Source: an uncultured bacterium (lineage in GTDB: Bacteria > Krumholzibacteriota > Krumholzibacteriia > JACNKJ01). Taken from it: DNA of 64,000 bases. Position 1 is the stretch's first letter. Each line of letters begins with the position of its first letter. The stretch covers positions 3,360,001 to 3,424,000 of the forward strand of contig CAVOFT010000001.1 in assembly GCA_963695095.1 (NCBI GenBank), given 5' to 3'. Positions 61,629-64,000 of the stretch are shown here, piece after piece. The translations under genes were made by a program, and so were the position numbers. A model generated the notes under the pieces. The model made no database searches, was not told the DNA's origin, and worked only from the letters and a program-made list of their open reading frames with translations.

Positions 61629-62654
61629 ATGCAGATGAGCAAGTGGATCCTGGCCCTCGCATTGGCGGCCCTGCTGGCCGCTCCCGCGCTGGCGGACAGC
61701 GGTGAGCGCGCCGCCAAGCGCGCCCAGGCCGGCGAAGTCGTGCACGATCTGAGCTGGCCCTGGCCCTTCGGCAGGGCGGCCACCGACACCGATGGCGATG
61801 GGGTGACCGACGACCTGGATGCCTGCCCCGATACGCCGATGGGCGCCATTGTCGACGCCACCGGCTGCCCCCTGGACAGCGACGGTGACGGCGTCTTCGA
61901 TGGCCTGGACATGTGCGCGAACACCCCCCGCGGCGCCACCGTGGACGCCAAGGGCTGCCCCAGCGACAGCGACGGCGACGGCGTCTTCGACGGCATCGAC
62001 ATGTGCCCGGGCACCGCCAAGGGCGCCAAGGTGGACATGAAGGGCTGCCCCGCCGACAGTGACGGCGACGGCGTCGCCGACGGCATCGACCAGTGCCCCG
62101 ACACGCCCAAGGGCGCCACCGTGGACGCCAAGGGCTGCCCCAGCGACAGCGACGGCGACGGCGTCTTCGACGGCATCGACCTCTGCCCGAACACTCCGGC
62201 CGGCACGAAGGTCGACGCCAAGGGTTGCGCCGTGGACGTTTCCCAGACCGAGACCATCTTCCTGGACACCGGCGTGATCCGCACGGCGGCCATCCTCTTC
62301 GACACCGACAAGGCCACGATCAAGCCCGAGTCCCACAAGGCGCTCACGGAGATCGGCAACATCCTCGTGCAGTGGCCCCAGCTGAAGATCGAGATCGGCG
62401 GCCACACCGACAGCAGCGGCGGCGACGCCCACAACCAGACCCTGTCGGAGGCGCGCGCCAAGTCCGTGCTGGATTACCTGACCACGAACTTCCCCAAGAT
62501 CAGCGCCAGCCAGTACACGACCAAGGGCTATGGCGAGGGCACGCCGGTGGCGGACAACGCCACGGCGGCGGGCCGCAAGGAGAACCGCCGGGTCGAGTTC
62601 ACGGTGCTCAACAAGGACGAGCTGAAGAAGGAAGTCGAGAAGCGCAAGCAGTAG
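61629..62654 (+). CDS. OmpA-family protein with thrombospondin type 3 repeats
   Basis: aaggagg RBS, signal peptide, D.DGDGV.D..D.CP.TP.G..VD..GC repeats, GHTDS, LSEARA, GYGE..P, NRRVEF. Confidence 0.93.
   Translation: MQMSKWILALALAALLAAPALADSGERAAKRAQAGEVVHDLSWPWPFGRAATDTDGDGVTDDLDACPDTPMGAIVDATGCPLDSDGDGVFDGLDMCANTPRGATVDAKGCPSDSDGDGVFDGIDMCPGTAKGAKVDMKGCPADSDGDGVADGIDQCPDTPKGATVDAKGCPSDSDGDGVFDGIDLCPNTPAGTKVDAKGCAVDVSQTETIFLDTGVIRTAAILFDTDKATIKPESHKALTEIGNILVQWPQLKIEIGGHTDSSGGDAHNQTLSEARAKSVLDYLTTNFPKISASQYTTKGYGEGTPVADNATAAGRKENRRVEFTVLNKDELKKEVEKRKQ
61784..62230 (+). repeat. Five intragenic 87-bp (29-aa) TSP3 repeats
   Basis: gacagcgacggcgacggcgtc...ggctgc units. Confidence 0.9.
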
Positions 62655-62682
62655 CGCGCCTCGACCGACGCGAACGTATGCA

Positions 62683-62723
62683 GACGGCCGCTCCTGCCAG
62701 GCAGGGGCGGCCGTCGCCTTTTT
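62683..62723 (+). terminator. Intrinsic terminator after the OmpA gene
   Basis: gacggccgctcctgc / gcaggggcggccgtc stem then gccttttt. Confidence 0.8.
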
Positions 62724-62836
62724 GGCCGCCTGGGAATCCCCATGTCCAGCGCGGGGCAGCGGTGCTAGACTCTAGCTCAGCGAGCGACTCCGAGCCCATC
62801 GGCAGTCGCCGCCACCACCGACGAAAGGGGAACTCG

Positions 62837-63937
62837 ATGCCCAGCACCGCCGCGCCATCAAGCCATGCCCGCCGACAGCTCGCGCTCAGGGGATGGAGCC
62901 TCCTCGCCACGCTTGCCATCCTGGGCGCCGCCGGTGCCGCCGGCGCCCAGCGCCTCTTCGTCGGCCTGGAGGGCTCGAGTCCGCCCACGAAGTCCACGGA
63001 TCTCGCCGGCTTCCCTGCGGTCGCCTGGGAGACGCTCTTCCCCTTCGACGTCAGCGGTGCGGCCGCCACTCCGGGCGGCGAGCTCTACGTCTGCAACGGC
63101 TCCTTCACCACCAACCTGTACCGCGCCACGCTGGACATGAGTCCGCCGCAGTATCTCTGCACCCTCTCCGTGGACATCCACGCCCTGGCCCACGACGGCA
63201 CCACGCTCTACGGCTATTCGAACTACGCGAGCCCGAAGGGCATCTACGCCATCGACACGGTCACCGGCCAGGCCACCCTGGTCCTGGATGTCTACACGGG
63301 CACGGGCTTCCTCTTCTTCGCGCTCGACTACAACCCCGCCGACGGCCTCTTCTACGGCTACACCGAGTACGGCGCCAGCGGACTCTACTCGATCGACCTG
63401 GACAGCGGCGCGATGCTGCGCGTGGTCGGGCCCATTCCCGCGGCCAATTCGCAGGGGCGGGGACTGGCCGTGGGCCAGAACACGGTCTACCTCACCGCGA
63501 CGCGCGGGGACGACGGCATTCCGCTCTACGCCTACGACCTGAGCCAGGGCGCCAACGGCCAGTGGGTCGGCTTCACGAACCCCTATCCGCAGTACCATTC
63601 GACGGGCGGAGCCGCGTGGATCCCGGCCCCCAGCGCGGCGCCGGAGATCGGCGTCCATGGTGCCCAGCCTCGCATCGACGGCATCTGGCCCAACCCGATG
63701 CGCGCCGGCGCGACGGTGGCCTTCTCGATCGAGCGCGCGGGGGCAGTCCGCCTGCGCGTCTACACGCCCGGCGGCCGCGCTCTGGGCGAGCTGCTGGATG
63801 GCGAGCGCGCCGCGGGGGCTCACGACTTCACCTGGGACGGCCGGATCGAGGGTCGGCCGCTGCCGGCCGGCGTCTATCTCCTGCGCCTGGAAACGGCGGC
63901 AGGCGCCTCGGCGCGGCGCCTGCTCGTTCTGCACTGA
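62837..63937 (+). CDS. Secreted probable beta-propeller protein with C-terminal FlgD-Ig sorting domain
   Basis: Signal peptide; blade-like LYG...IYAID..TG.A repeats; WPNP...F.I..AG.VRL.VY...GR...WDGR..G..LPAGVYLLRL. Confidence 0.8.
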   Translation: MPSTAAPSSHARRQLALRGWSLLATLAILGAAGAAGAQRLFVGLEGSSPPTKSTDLAGFPAVAWETLFPFDVSGAAATPGGELYVCNGSFTTNLYRATLDMSPPQYLCTLSVDIHALAHDGTTLYGYSNYASPKGIYAIDTVTGQATLVLDVYTGTGFLFFALDYNPADGLFYGYTEYGASGLYSIDLDSGAMLRVVGPIPAANSQGRGLAVGQNTVYLTATRGDDGIPLYAYDLSQGANGQWVGFTNPYPQYHSTGGAAWIPAPSAAPEIGVHGAQPRIDGIWPNPMRAGATVAFSIERAGAVRLRVYTPGGRALGELLDGERAAGAHDFTWDGRIEGRPLPAGVYLLRLETAAGASARRLLVLH

Positions 63938-64000
63938 TCCGCGGGCGCCCGGCAGGCCGCCCGCCCGCGGGGGCGGAGCTCGGCGGGCGCGATCTAGAGC

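Noticed and set aside
61784..62230. CRISPR-like periodic repeats
   Set aside because: In-frame 87-bp coding TSP3 repeats; no unique spacers or cas genes

Overview
Very GC-rich bacterial chromosomal segment. Secreted proteins ending in a 'PNPFNP...WDGRD..G...SGVY' FlgD-Ig/T9SS-type sorting domain suggest an FCB-group lineage such as Latescibacterota/Krumholzibacteriota (inference). About 47 kb (308-47288) is a large Wzy-type exopolysaccharide/cell-surface locus of the exosortase-associated type. It holds a priming glycosyltransferase, Wza, split Wzz plus BY-kinase, an O-antigen ligase/polymerase, five GT4s, WecB, a heparinase II/III-like lyase, a deacetylase, an SGNH esterase, an AMP-ligase/ACP/AsnB module, hydrolases 1 and 2, exosortase and EpsI. 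Embedded in it are two tandem giant Cys-rich multi-Ig surface proteins and two paralogous lipoproteins; a perfect 40-bp direct repeat flanks the second lipoprotein. The rest holds an HD-GYP protein, a divergent transketolase, a HEPN-MNT pair, rarD, glnS, an atypical kinase, ppk2, tRNA-Glu/Gln, gltX, ilvC, tRNA-Met, a TSP3-repeat OmpA protein and a secreted FlgD-CTD protein. About ten genes are broken by single-base indels, most simply read as long-read consensus errors. No CRISPR array, transposase, integrase or reverse transcriptase was seen. All family calls are from motif recognition by eye, not database searches.
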